In this document: one piece after another, positions 45,948-58,700 of the stretch | Layout of the letters: every line of letters begins with the position of its first letter | Numbering within the stretch: the stretch's first letter is position 1 | Assembly (NCBI GenBank): GCA_002269645.1 | Contig: NIVC01000200.1 | Coordinates: 729,167 to 793,166 of the forward strand | Direction: 5' to 3' | DNA length: 64,000 bases | Source: Macrostomum lignano | Taxonomy: Eukaryota | Made by a program: the position numbers and the translations under genes | Notes under the pieces: model-generated | Seen by the model: the letters and a program-made list of their open reading frames with translations, nothing else | Databases searched by the model: none | What the model was told of the DNA's origin: nothing

Positions 45948-47060
45948 TGACACATTAACTATGCCAGCGTCTTGTTCTACAAGTTTTGAACTTTAGTCGC
46001 ATTGAAAAGACGCATGCAAGGGTGTTAGAGACTTTGTTCAAATTTGTGAAGCAAAAATTGCGGTAATGTTTTCCATATATTGTTTCAAATTTGGTCCCAA
46101 ATCGTTGAGGTTTTTTTCTTGCTAATTGCAGTTTTATCAATAGTGTTTTTCTCTTTAGAGTATTAACGATGTAAAAAATAATAATAAAATTAAAGTGTTT
46201 AGATTATTTAATTGCAAGGGGTTTGTATGTTCTTCATTTGCCATTTTTGTTATCCTACGGTTTTGTATAGTTTATAGGCTTTAGTAGTTTAGTTAAGTTT
46301 AACTTTAACGACTGTTAGACTAATTATTATCATATTTTTTCTGCTATATCTGAGTTGCATTAATTATTTTATTTTTTTCTCTCACTTGCTCGCTCTGACC
46401 TAAAAGCTGTAATTAGTGATTGTCATTAATACAACTGCCCCCCTGTCGAACTTTACTGTTGATAATATTTAATGTAACAGTAATAATAAACAGTTTATTA
46501 GTTGGGTCATTATAAATGAGAATTGTAAAAAAAAACAAAAATTCAAATTTGCGGTTTCAAAATGATTTGTTTATTTTTGATCTACGACGTTCTGTTTCGA
46601 TTTATTTACCAGCCAACCCCCAAAGGCACAGAGAATCTGCGGAGTACGCGGAATTGCCTCATTGGTCGCGGATGTCAATAATGTCATTATTAGGTATTGA
46701 CCATCGTGCTAAAACGCCTTGGCAACCAAGAAGTGGCCTCCTCTCCAATCAAGAGTTCCTGCTGTCATCTACTGCAGGTTCTGAACCTATCGTCCTCTCT
46801 GTTTGTTGGCATTTTACTAAAAAGTGCGAGATTATTCTCGCAGTGCCAATCACTGCTCAGGGCCAAGCTGATTGGTGCCAGCTAAATGCATTTCAAAACA
46901 TCCCCAACTGAAGCAGGCGTCTGTCATTCGCTGTCTGCAAACTAATCTCTCGAAGACTTTGTATTCGTCTGAACATATAGCTACATCTGCCTGGATAGCA
47001 AGGCATCTTGCGAAGCGCGTTTAATCCTAGAACTTTAGAACCTTGGCCAGTATAGCAAGT

Positions 47061-47790
47061 ATGCACCTGTCCGACCGTATAGACGCGAGTCGCTCCGAGA
47101 TCGGCCGCGTGTTCTCCAGGGAGACGACAATCCACGGCGTGCGACGTCTGAGCGACGGGCCGCTCGTCTACCGCGCCGTCTGGCTGCTGTTCGTCCTCGG
47201 CACCGTTGTCGGCTTCTTCGTCCACCTTGGCCAGCTGCTCACCCGCTACTTGGAGTACCCGGTCAACACCGAGGCCTTCGAAGGTCTGGACGACTTCCAG
47301 TTCCCGTCGGTGACAGTGTGTCCGAATGACTACATCCACTACTTCTACTCGAACTCGAGCATCCCCAACAGGTACGGCAGCAACCGGTCCGTGTACGACA
47401 TGACGTACGACCTGGCGAGGATCTGGTACCGCATCAAATCGAACGAGTCCCACCCAGCGATTCCCTACTATCCCTACAGCTCCTACGATGACGGCATGTT
47501 CAGTCTGAAGCAGGTCGCCTACCGCTCGCAGCAGTTCCAGACGCTGCGAGACACGGTGGTAGCGTGCACTTTCAACTCGCGAAACTGCCATCTTGACAAG
47601 GAGTTCGCAGAGTACCGCGACCCCGAGCGCTTCCTGTGCTTCACGTTCACCCCGGAGGATCGGAGCGTTGCACAGACGGAGGAGGGCAAGGGGCTTTTCC
47701 TGCTGCTGTACTCGGATGCAAACAGCTTCCTCACAGAAGAGGAGGAAATTAACCACATCCCGGGCTTCTCCATCAGCTTGCACGAGCCCG
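47061..47790 (+). CDS. DEG/ENaC (amiloride-sensitive channel family) subunit, exon 1
   Basis: ATG at 47061; gating motif TTIHGV, TM1 AVWLLFVLGTVVGFFVHL, post-TM1 FPSVTVC, CFTFTP, GLFLLL, GFSISLHEP. Donor CCCG|GTAAGC (phase 1). Confidence 0.9.
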
Positions 47791-48877
47791 GTAAGCTATA
47801 GTATAGAGAGCAGTCTAGTGTCACAACTCTTGACGCTAAATATTAGCATTTTTCGTTCGAATTGCTAGCATCAGGTGCGTAGGGCCTCTTGAAATTGTGT
47901 CTGTTCCTTACTGCATCTGACTGACTGCTCAGAAAGCAATGCTTTTTACAAGATAAGGAGGTCTTGTATAGGTTATAAATGTATAGAATTTCCTGGATAC
48001 TGAAGAAGCAAACCTAGATTTGATATAAAGAAAACTGATTACCTTGAAACTATTTTGCTGCAAAACAATCGGACGAATTTTTTCAAGCGAGACTGCACAA
48101 CACGAGTAAAAGCACGTTGCTAATATGAAAGCATTGGATCGTAATCACGTCTGCAAGAAGCCAACCCCCACCATATTCCTTCTGCCCTTAGCCGACTGCG
48201 TACCCAATTTTGATTGGCTGTCCCATTCTACCCAAATGTTGTTCTCCGGCCCTTGGGCTCTTAAGTACATATATAGTCTTTGCTCGACTTTCCTAGTCCA
48301 TCTGCACTTGTCTGTTCACTCTGTTTTCTCAACGTTCCTGCCTAGTTCATTCAGTCTTGCTATTTTCTCTAGCTCTCTCCCCTCGCTGCCTTCTGATTGG
48401 CTCTTCGATCTCGCCTCTTTCTTTCGTGGCGACCTCCACCCCTCCTTGTCTTATCTACGAGCGTACACTCACCCCCCCCCCTTAATTTAATTCCTTATAT
48501 ATATACACTCGTTTACTTATTTAGGTCGGCCTTGTTGTTGTTGGTTGTGTATTCTATCTTTTTTTTTACTTAGACGAGATACGCTAGGATCAAATGCGTA
48601 GACAGTAGCGGACGAAGAGAGAGCGCCTTTGTTTGATACATGCACTATTCAGCAACGACAGTTTCCTAGTTCAGTCCGGCCAGCAGTCTGACGCAAGCAT
48701 CCGCGAACTCCGTCCGCTGAAAAGCGTAGCTAGCTAGAGACGAACACACCTTGATCCCTAATCCATAAATCCCTAATCCGGAGCATAATGTCAAGTCCAG
48801 AAAATTTGCAAGTTTTTCATTTTAAAGATTAACTAGCTACTTAAATATCTATGCAAGCGTATCAAGTTACCTTGACC

Positions 48878-49173
48878 CACCATGCAGTAACTAGGGATTG
48901 TTGCCTAGCGGTCAGAGCGTCATCCTCTCGACTGAAAGGGTCGGGGTTCGATTCGGGACCCACTCGGAACAATTTGTCCTTGAGCAAGACACTTCACTCT
49001 GCATTGCTTCAGTTCACCCAGCTGTAAAATGGGTGCCAGCATTAGCTGGGGTAATTGAGGATGTGTGTGGCGACCCCCAGTACTTGGACTGAACAGCCGT
49101 ACGCAGCCTTCAGATGTCGGTTGCTTATCTGCCTATTAGGCGAGGTGTAATCAATTATAAATTATTATTAATA
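48878..49173 (+). mobile_element. tRNA-derived SINE, copy 2
   Basis: A box TTGCCTAGCGG, B box GGTTCGATTC, CORE-like domain, AGGTGTAATCAATT + (ATT)n tail. Flanked by an 11-bp direct repeat TTACCTTGACC (48867-77, 49174-84), a candidate TSD. Confidence 0.82.
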
Positions 49174-49196
49174 TTACCTTGACCAATGACTAACAG

Positions 49197-49747
49197 GCAC
49201 GGCGCCGGACATGACAACCGCCTTCAAAGTGCCGCTCGCTCAGCGAGTCAGCGCTAAGGTGACTCGTCACGAAGAGACAAAGCTGAACCGGAAGGCTTAT
49301 AGCTGCACAGACAGTCTGGGCAACGTCACCTACACGGAGGGTGGCAGACAGCAGAGCTTCATCGCCGGTCAGCGCGACTGTCTGCTTCGCCAGCGACAGC
49401 TGGAATTCCTGAGGGAGTGCGGCTGCCTGGCGGAGCACCTGCCGATGCCAACAGACCTGCTGGGACCGGCAGTGCAACCGTGTCACGCCCTGTGGGAGCC
49501 GGCCTTCTTCGTCGACGTTGATCCAGTTCCAGTTTTTCCCGCCAAGTCGAACAACATGACGGTGATAAACTTCACATCCGGTACTGTTGAAGACTTCGAG
49601 ACATTCTACCGGTCACACTGGGCAAAGTGGCAGCCGCAGAGGCTGCGGTCGCTCTGTTTCGATCGAATTCGACATCTCCAGACTCAGAGAGGCGGCGGCT
49701 CGCACGCTAGCGGCTGTCAGCGCCTTTGTTGCCGGATCGAGTATCCG
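49197..49747 (+). CDS. DEG/ENaC subunit, exon 2 (cysteine-rich thumb region); 3-prime boundary uncertain; TM2 not in window
   Basis: Branch/acceptor ACTAACAG|GC (phase 1, in frame with ORF 49211-49753). YSC, CLLRQRQLEFLRECGC, CFDR, GCQRLCCRIEY fit the ectodomain cysteine pattern. The donor is probably CCG|GTCTGA or GA|GTATCC. Confidence 0.8.
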
Positions 49748-49777
49748 GTCTGAACAATGCAAATATCATAATATCAA

Positions 49778-52700
49778 AGCAGTAGCTTTGGCGCCCTATT
49801 AGCAGTAGCTTTAACGCTCTATTAGCAGTAGCTTTGGCGCCTTATTAGCAGTAGCTTTGGCGCTCTATTAGCAGTAGCTTTGGCGCTCTATTAGCAGTAG
49901 CTTTGGCGCTCTATTAGCAGTAGCTTTGGTCCCCTATTAGCAGTAGCTTTGGTGCTCTATTAGCAGTAGCTTTAGTGCCCTATTAGCAGTAGCTTTGGCG
50001 CTCGATTAGCAGTAGCTTTGGCGCTCTATTAGCAGTAGCTTTGGTCCCATATTAGCAGTAGCTTTGGTGCCCTATTAGCAGTAGCTTTGGTGCCCTATTA
50101 GCAGTAGCTTTGGTGCCCTATTAGCAGTAGCTTTGGTGCCCTATTAGCAGTAGCTTTGGTGCCCTATTAGCAGTAGCTTTGGCGCCCTATTAGCAGTAGC
50201 TTTGGCGCTCTATTAGCAGTAGCTTTGGCGCCTTATTAGCAGTAGCTTTGGCGCTCTATTAGCAGTAGCTTTGGCGCTCTATTAGCAGTAGCTTTGGCGC
50301 TCTATTAGCAGTAGCTTTGGTCCCCTATTAGCAGTAGCTTTGGCGCTCTATTAGCAGTAGCTTTGGTGCCCTATTAGCAGTAGCTTTGGTGCCCTATTAG
50401 CAGTAGCTTTGGTGCCCTATTAGCAGTAGCTTTGGTGCCCTATTAGCAGTAGCTTTGGTGCCCTATTAGCAGTAGCTTTGGTGCCCTATTAGCAGTAGCT
50501 TTGGTCCCCTATTAGCAGTAGCTTTGGCGCTCTATTAGCAGTAGCTTTGGCGCTCTATTAACAGTAGCTTTGGCGCTCTATTAGCAGTAGCTTTGGCGCC
50601 TTATTAGCAGTAGCTTTGGCGCTCTATTAGCAGTAGCTTTGGCGCCTTATTAGCAGTAGCTTTGGCGCCCTATTAGCAGTAGCTTTGGCGCTCTATTAGC
50701 AGTAGCTTTGGCGCTCTATTAGCAGTAGCTTTGGCGGTCTATTAGCAGTAGCTTTGGTGCCCTATTAGCAGTAGCTTTGGTCCCCTATTAGCAGTAGCTT
50801 TGGTGCTCTATTAGCAGTAGCTTTGGTGCCCTATTAGCAGTAGCTTTGGCGCTCGATTAGCAGTAGCTTTGGCGCTCTATTAGCAGTAGCTTTGGTCCCT
50901 ATTAGCAGTAGCTTTGGTGCCCTATTAGCAGTAGCTTTGGTGCCCTATTAGCAGTAGCTTTGGTGCCCTATTAGCAGTAGCTTTGGTCCCCTATTAGCAG
51001 TAGCTTTGGCGCTCTATTAGCAGTAGCTTTGGCGCTCTATTAGCAGTAGCTTTGGCGCTCTATTAGCAGTAGCTTTGGCGCCTTATTAGCAGTAGCTTTG
51101 GCGCTCTCTTAGCAGTAGCTTTGGCGCCTTATTAGCAGTAGCTTTGGCGCCCTATTAGCAGTAGCTTTGGCGCTCTATTAGCAGTAGCTTTGGCGCTCTA
51201 TTAGCAGTAGCTTTGGTGCCCTATTAGCAGTAGCTTTGGCGGTCTATTAGCAGTAGCTTTGGTGCCCTATTAGCAGTAGCTTTGGTCCCCTATTAGCAGT
51301 AGCTTTGGCGCCTTATTAGCAGTAGCTTTGGCGGTCTATTAGCAGTAGCTTTGGTGCCCTATTAGCAGTAGCTTTGGTCCCCTATTAGCAGTAGCTTTGG
51401 CGCTCTATTAGCAGTAGCTTTGGCGCTCTATTAGCAGTAGCTTTGGCGCTCTATTAGCAGTAGCTTTGGCGCTCTATTAGCAGTAGCTTTGGCGCCTTAT
51501 TAGCAGTAGCTTTGGCGCTCTATTAGCAGTAGCTTTGGCGCTCTATTAGCAGTAGCTTTGGCGCTCTATTAGCAGTAGCTTTGGTGCCCTATTAGCAGTA
51601 GCTTTGGCGCTCTATTAGCAGTAGCTTTGGCGCTCTATTAGCAGTAGCTTTGGTCCCCTATTAGCAGTAGCTTTGGCGCTCTATTAGCAGTAGCTTTGGC
51701 GCTCTATTAGCAGTAGCTTTGGCGCTCTATTAGCAGTAGCTTTGGTGCCCTATTAGCAGTAGCTTTGGCGCTCTATTAGCAGTAGCTTTGGTGCCCTATT
51801 AGCAGTAGCTTTGGTGCCCTATTAGCAGTAGCTTTGGTGCCCTATTAGCAGTAGCTTTGGTGCCCTATTAGCAGTAGCTTTGGTGCCTATTAGCAGTAGC
51901 TTTGGTCCCTATTAGCAGTAGCTTTGGCGCTCTATTAGCAGTAGCTTTGGCGCTCTATTAGCAGTAGCTTTGGCGCTCTATTAGCAGTAGCTTTGGTGCC
52001 CTATTAGCAGTAGCTTTGGCGCTCTATTAGCAGTAGCTTTGGCGCTCTATTAGCAGTAGCTTTGGCCCTATTAGCAGTAGCTTTGGCGCTCTATTAGCAG
52101 TAGCTTTGGTGCCCTATTAGCAGTAGCTTTGGTGCCCTATTAGCAGTAGCTTTGGTGCCCTATTAGCAGTAGCTTTGGTGCCCTATTAGCAGTAGCTTTG
52201 GTGCCCTATTAGCAGTAGCTTTGGTGCCCTATTAGCAGTAGCTTTGGTGCCCTATTAGCAGTAGCTTTGGCGCTCTATTAGCAGTAGCTTTGGCGCTCTA
52301 TTAGCAGTAGCTTTGGCGCTCTATTAGCAGTAGCTTTGGCGCCTTATTAGCAGTAGCTTTGGCGCTCTATTAGCAGTAGCTTTGGCGCCTTATTAGCAGT
52401 AGCTTTGGCGCCTATTAGCAGTAGCTTTGGCGCTCTATTAGCAGTAGCTTTGGCGCTCTATTAGCAGTAGCTTTGGCGTCTATTAGCAGTAGCTTTGGTG
52501 CCCTATTAGCAGTAGCTTTGGTGCCCTATTAGCAGTAGCTTTGGCGCTCTATTAGCAGTAGCTTTGGCGCTCTATTAGCAGTAGCTTTGGCGCCTTATTA
52601 GCAGTAGCTTTGGCGCTCTATTAGCAGTAGCTTTGGCGCCTTATTAGCAGTAGCTTTGGCGCTCTATTAGCAGTAGCTTTGGCGCTCTATTAGCAGTAGC

Positions 52701-55700
52701 TTTGGCGCCTATTAGCAGTAGCTTTGGCGCCTTATTAGCAGTAGCTTTGGCGCTCTATTAGCAGTAGCTTTGGCGCCTTATTAGCAGTAGCTTTGGCGCC
52801 CTATTAGCAGTAGCTTTGGCGCTCTATTAGCAGTAGCTTTGGCGCCTTATTAGCAGTAGCTTTGGTCCCCTATTAGCAGTAGCTTTGGCGCTCTATTAGC
52901 AGTAGCTTTGGCGCTCTATTAGCAGTAGCTTTGGCGCCTTATTAGCAGTAGCTTTGGCGCTCTATTAGCAGTAGCTTTGGCGCCTATTAGCAGTAGCTTT
53001 GGCGCTCTATTAGCAGTAGCTTTGGCGCCTTATTAGCAGTAGCTTTGGCGCTCTATTAGCAGTAGCTTTGGCGCTCTATTAGCAGTAGCTTTGGCGCTCT
53101 ATTAGCAGTAGCTTTGGTGCCCTATTAGCAGTAGCTTTGGTGCCCTATTAGCAGTAGCTTTGGTGCCCTATTAGCAGTAGCTTTGGTGCCCTATTAGCAG
53201 TAGCTTTGGCGCTCTATTAGCAGTAGCTTTGGCGCTCTATTAGCAGTAGCTTTGGTGCCCTATTAGCAGTAGCTTTGGCGCTCTATTAGCAGTAGCTTTG
53301 GCGCCTATTAGCAGTAGCTTTGGCGCTCTATTAGCAGTAGCTTTGGCGCCTTATTAGCAGTAGCTTTGGTCCCCTATTAGCAGTAGCTTTGGCGCTCTAT
53401 TAGCAGTAGCTTTGGCGCTCTATTAGCAGTAGCTTTGGCGCTCTATTAGCAGTAGCTTTGGCGCTCTATTAGCAGTAGCTTTGGCGCTCTATTAGCAGTA
53501 GCTTTGGCGCTCTATTAGCAGTAGCTTTGGCGCTCTATTAGCAGTAGCTTTGGCGCCTTATTAGCAGTAGCTTTGGTGCTCTATTAGCAGTAGCTTTGGC
53601 GCTCTATTAGCAGTAGCTTTGGCGCTCTATTAGCAGTAGCTTTGGCGCTCTATTAGCAGTAGCTTTGGCGCTCTATTAGCAGTAGCTTTGGTCCCCTATT
53701 AGCAGTAGTTTTGGTCCCCTATTAGCAGTAGCTTTGGTGCCCTATTAGCAGTAGCTTTGGTGCTCTATTAGCAGTAGCTTTGGCGCTCTATTAGCAGTAG
53801 CTTTGGCGCTCTATTAGCAGTAGCTTTGGCGCCTTATTAGCAGTAGCTTTGGTGCCCTATTAGCAGTAGCTTTGGTGCCCTATTAGCAGTAGCTTTGGTG
53901 CCCTATTAGCAGTAGCTTTGGTGCCCTATTAGCAGTAGCTTTGCGTCCTATTAGCAGTAGCTTTGGCGCTCTATTAGCAGTAGCTTTGGCGCTCTATTAG
54001 CAGTAGCTTTGGCGCTCTATTAGCAGTAGCTTTGGCGCCTTATTAGCAGTAGCTTTGGCGCTCTATTAGCAGTAGCTTTGGCGCCTTATTAGCAGTAGCT
54101 TTGGCGCCCTATTAGCAGTAGCTTTGGCGCTCTATTAGCAGTAGCTTTGGCGCTCTATTAGCAGTAGCTTTGGCGGTCTATTAGCAGTAGCTTTGGTGCC
54201 CTATTAGCAGTAGCTTTGGTCCCCTATTAGCAGTAGCTTTGGCGCCTTATTAGCAGTAGCTTTGGCGCTCTATTAGCAGTAGCTTTGGCGCCTTATTAGC
54301 AGTAGCTTTGGCGCTCTATTAGCAGTAGCTTTGGCGCCTTATTAGCAGTAGCTTTGGCGCTCTATTAGCAGTAGCTTTGGCGCTCTATTAGCAGTAGCTT
54401 TGGCGCCTATTAGCAGTAGCTTTGGCGCCTTATTAGCAGTAGCTTTGGCGCTCTATTAGCAGTAGCTTTGGCGCCTTATTAGCAGTAGCTTTGGCGCCTA
54501 TTAGCAGTAGCTTTGGCGCTCTATTAGCAGTAGCTTTGGCGCCTTATTAGCAGTAGCTTTGGCCCTATTAGCAGTAGCTTTGGCGCTCTATTAGCAGTAG
54601 CTTTGGCGCTCTATTAGCAGTAGCTTTGGCGCTATTAGCAGTAGCTTTGGCGCTCTATTAGCAGTAGCTTTGGCGCCTTATTAGCAGTAGCTTTGGCGCT
54701 CTATTAGCAGTAGCTTTGGCGCCTTATTAGCAGTAGCTTTGGCGCTCTATTAGCAGTAGCTTTGGCGCTCTATTAGCAGTAGCTTTGGCGCTCTATTAGC
54801 AGTAGCTTTGGCGCTCTATTAGCAGTAGCTTTGGTGCCCTATTAGCAGTAGCTTTGGTCCCCTATTAGCAGTAGCTTTGGCGCTCTATTAGCAGTAGCTT
54901 TGGCGCTCTATTAGCAGTAGCTTTGGTGCCCTATTAGCAGTAGCTTTGGCGCTCTATTAGCAGTAGCTTTGGCGCCTTATTAGCAGTAGCTTTGGCGCTC
55001 TATTAGCAGTAGCTTTGGCGCTCTATTAGCAGTAGCTTTGGCGCCTATTAGCAGTAGCTTTGGCGCTCTATTAGCAGTAGCTTTGGCGCTCTATTAGCAG
55101 TAGCTTTGGCGCTCTATTAGCAGTAGCTTTGGCGCTCTATTAGCAGTAGCTTTGGCGCTCTATTAGCAGTAGCTTTGGCGCTCTATTAGCAGTAGCTTTG
55201 GCGCTCTATTAGCAGTAGCTTTGGCGCCTTATTAGCAGTAGCTTTGGTGCTCTATTAGCAGTAGCTTTGGCGCTCTATTAGCAGTAGCTTTGGCGCTCTA
55301 TTAGCAGTAGCTTTGGCGCTCTATTAGCAGTAGCTTTGGCGCTCTATTAGCAGTAGCTTTGGTCCCCTATTAGCAGTAGTTTTGGTCCCCTATTAGCAGT
55401 AGCTTTGGTGCCCTATTAGCAGTAGCTTTGGTGCTCTATTAGCAGTAGCTTTGGCGCTCTATTAGCAGTAGCTTTAACGCTCTATTAGCAGTAGCTTTGG
55501 CGCCTTATTAGCAGTAGCTTTGGCGCTCTATTAGCAGTAGCTTTGGCGCCTATTAGCAGTAGCTTTGGCGCTCTATTAGCAGTAGCTTTGGCGCTCTATT
55601 AGCAGTAGCTTTGGCGCTCTATTAGCAGTAGCTTTGGTCCCCTATTAGCAGTAGCTTTGGTGCTCTATTAGCAGTAGCTTTGGTGCCCTATTAGCAGTAG

Positions 55701-58700
55701 CTTTGGCGCTCTATTAGCAGTAGCTTTGGCGCTCTATTAGCAGTAGCTTTGGCCCTATTAGCAGTAGCTTTGGTGCCCTATTAGCAGTAGCTTTGGTGCC
55801 CTATTAGCAGTAGCTTTGGTGCCCTATTAGCAGTAGCTTTGGTGCTCTATTAGCAGTAGCTTTGGCGCTCTATTAGCAGTAGCTTTGGTGCCCTATTAGC
55901 AGTAGCTTTGGCGCTCTATTAGCAGTAGCTTTGGCGCTCTATTAGCAGTAGCTTTGGCCCTATTAGCAGTAGCTTTGGCGCCTATTAGCAGTAGCTTTGT
56001 GCCCTATTAGCAGTAGCTTTGGTGCCCTATTAGCAGTAGCTTTGGTGCCCTATTAGCAGTAGCTTTGGTGCCCTATTAGCAGTAGCTTTGGCGCTCTATT
56101 AGCAGTAGCTTTGGCGCTCTATTAGCAGTAGCTTTGGCGCCTATTAGCAGTAGCTTTGGCGCTCTATTAGCAGTAGCTTTGGTGCCCTATTAGCAGTAGC
56201 TTTGCGTGCTATTAGCAGTAGCTTTGGTGCCTATTAGCAGTAGCTTTGGTCCCTATTAGCAGTAGCTTTGGCGCTCTATTAGCAGTAGCTTTGGCGCTCT
56301 ATTAGCAGTAGCTTTGGCGCTCTATTAGCAGTAGCTTTGGCGCCTATTAGCAGTAGCTTTGGCGCTCTATTAGCAGTAGCTTTGGTGCCCTATTAGCAGT
56401 AGCTTTGGCGCTCTATTAGCAGTAGCTTTGGCGCTCTATTAGCAGTAGCTTTGGTCACCTATTAGCAGTAGCTTTGGTGCCCTATTAGCAGTAGCTTTGG
56501 CCCTATTAGCAGTAGCTTTGGCGCTCTATTAGCAGTAGCTTTGGTGCCTATTAGCAGTAGCTTTGGCGCTCTATTAGCAGTAGCTTTGGCGCTCTATTAG
56601 CAGTAGCTTTGGTGCCCTATTAGCAGTAGCTTTGGCGCTCTATTAGCAGTAGCTTTAGCGCTCTATTAGCAGTAGCTTTGGCGCTCTATTAGCAGTAGCT
56701 TTGGTGCCCTATTAGCAGTAGCTTTGGCGCTCTATTAGCAGTAGCTTTGGTGCCCTATTAGCAGTAGCTTTGGTGCCCTATTAGCAGTAGCTTTGGTGCC
56801 CTATTAGCAGTAGCTTTGTGCCCTATTAGCAGTAGCTTTGGCCCTATTAGCAGTAGCTTTGGTGCCTATTAGCAGTAGCTTTGGCGCTCTATTAGCAGTA
56901 GCTTTGGCGCTCTATTAGCAGTAGCTTTGGCGCCTATTAGCAGTAGCTTTGGCGCCTTATTAGCAGTAGCTTTGGCGCTCTATTAGCAGTAGCTTTGGCG
57001 CTCTATTAGCAGTAGCTTTGGTGCCCTATTAGCAGTAGCTTTGGCGCTCTATTAGCAGTAGCTTTGGGCCTATTAGCAGTAGCTTTGGTCCCTATTAGCA
57101 GTAGCTTTGGCGCCTATTAGCAGTAGCTTTGGCGCTCTATTAGCAGTAGCTTTGCGTGCCTATTAGCAGTAGCTTTGGCCTATTAGCAGTAGCTTTGGCG
57201 CCTATTAGCAGTAGCTTTGGCGCTCTATTAGCAGTAGCTTTGGCGCCTATTAGCAGTAGCTTTGGCGCTCTATTAGCAGTAGCTTTGGCGCTCTATTAGC
57301 AGTAGCTTTGGCGCTCTATTAGCAGTAGCTTTGGCCTATTAGCAGTAGCTTTGGCGCTCTATTAGCAGTAGCTTTGGCGCTCTATTAGCAGTAGCTTTGG
57401 CGCCTATTAGCAGTAGCTTTGGCGCTCTATTAGCAGTAGCTTTGGCGCTCTATTAGCAGTAGCTTTGGCGCTCTATTAGCAGTAGCTTTGGCGCTCTATT
57501 AGCAGTAGCTTTGGCGCTCTATTAGCAGTAGCTTTGGGCTCTATTAGCAGTAGCTTTGGCGCCTATTAGCAGTAGCTTTGTGCCCTATTAGCAGTAGCTT
57601 TGGCGCCTATTAGCAGTAGCTTTGGCGCCTATTAGCAGTAGCTTTGGCCCTATTAGCAGTAGCTTTGGCGCTCTATTAGCAGTAGCTTTGGCGCTCTATT
57701 AGCAGTAGCTTTGGCGCTCTATTAGCAGTAGCTTTGGCGCCTTATTAGCAGTAGCTTTGGCGCTCTATTAGCAGTAGCTTTGGCGCTTATTAGCAGTAGC
57801 TTTGGCGCCTATTAGCAGTAGCTTTGGCGCTCTATTAGCAGTAGCTTTGGCGCTCTATTAGCAGTAGCTTTGGCCCTATTAGCAGTAGCTTTGGCGCTCT
57901 ATTAGCAGTAGCTTTGGCGCTCTATTAGCAGTAGCTTTGGTGCCCTATTAGCAGTAGCTTTGGCGCCTTATTAGCAGTAGCTTTGGCGTCTATTAGCAGT
58001 AGCTTTGGTGCCCTATTAGCAGTAGCTTTGGCCCTATTAGCAGTAGCTTTGGCGCTTATTAGCAGTAGCTTTGGCGCTCTATTAGCAGTAGCTTTGGCGC
58101 TCTATTAGCAGTAGCTTTGGCGCTCTATTAGCAGTAGCTTTGGCGCTATTAGCAGTAGCTTTGGCGCTCTATTAGCAGTAGCTTTGGCGCTCTATTAGCA
58201 GTAGCTTTGGCGCTCTATTAGCAGTAGCTTTGGCGCTATTAGCAGTAGCTTTGGCGCTCTATTAGCAGTAGCTTTGGCGCCTATTAGCAGTAGCTTTGGC
58301 GCCTATTAGCAGTAGCTTTGGCGCTCTATTAGCAGTAGCTTTGGCGCTCTATTAGCAGTAGCTTTGGCCTCTATTAGCAGTAGCTTTGGCGCTCTATTAG
58401 CAGTAGCTTTGGCGCTCTATTAGCAGTAGCTTTGGCGCTCTATTAGCAGTAGCTTTGGCGCTCTATTAGCAGTAGCTTTGGCGCCTTATTAGCAGTAGCT
58501 TTGGTGCTCTATTAGCAGTAGCTTTGGCGCTCGATTAGCAGTAGCTTTGGCGCTCTATTAGCAGTAGCTTTGGCGCTCTATTAGCAGTAGCTTTGGCGCT
58601 CTATTAGCAGTAGCTTTGGCGCTCTATTAGCAGTAGCTTTGGTGCCCTATTAGCAGTAGCTTTGGCGCTCTATTAGCAGTAGCTTTGGCGCTCTATTAGC

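Noticed and set aside
46893-47783. 296-aa antisense ORF opposite DEG/ENaC exon 1 (likewise antisense ORFs over the FoxJ1-like, transposase and BTB exons)
   Set aside because: Shadow ORFs of GC-rich codon usage; the sense frames carry the family motifs.
48895-48965. tRNA gene
   Set aside because: The A/B boxes are the head of a SINE: there is no full cloverleaf, and it continues into a CORE-like body shared with 43957-44268.
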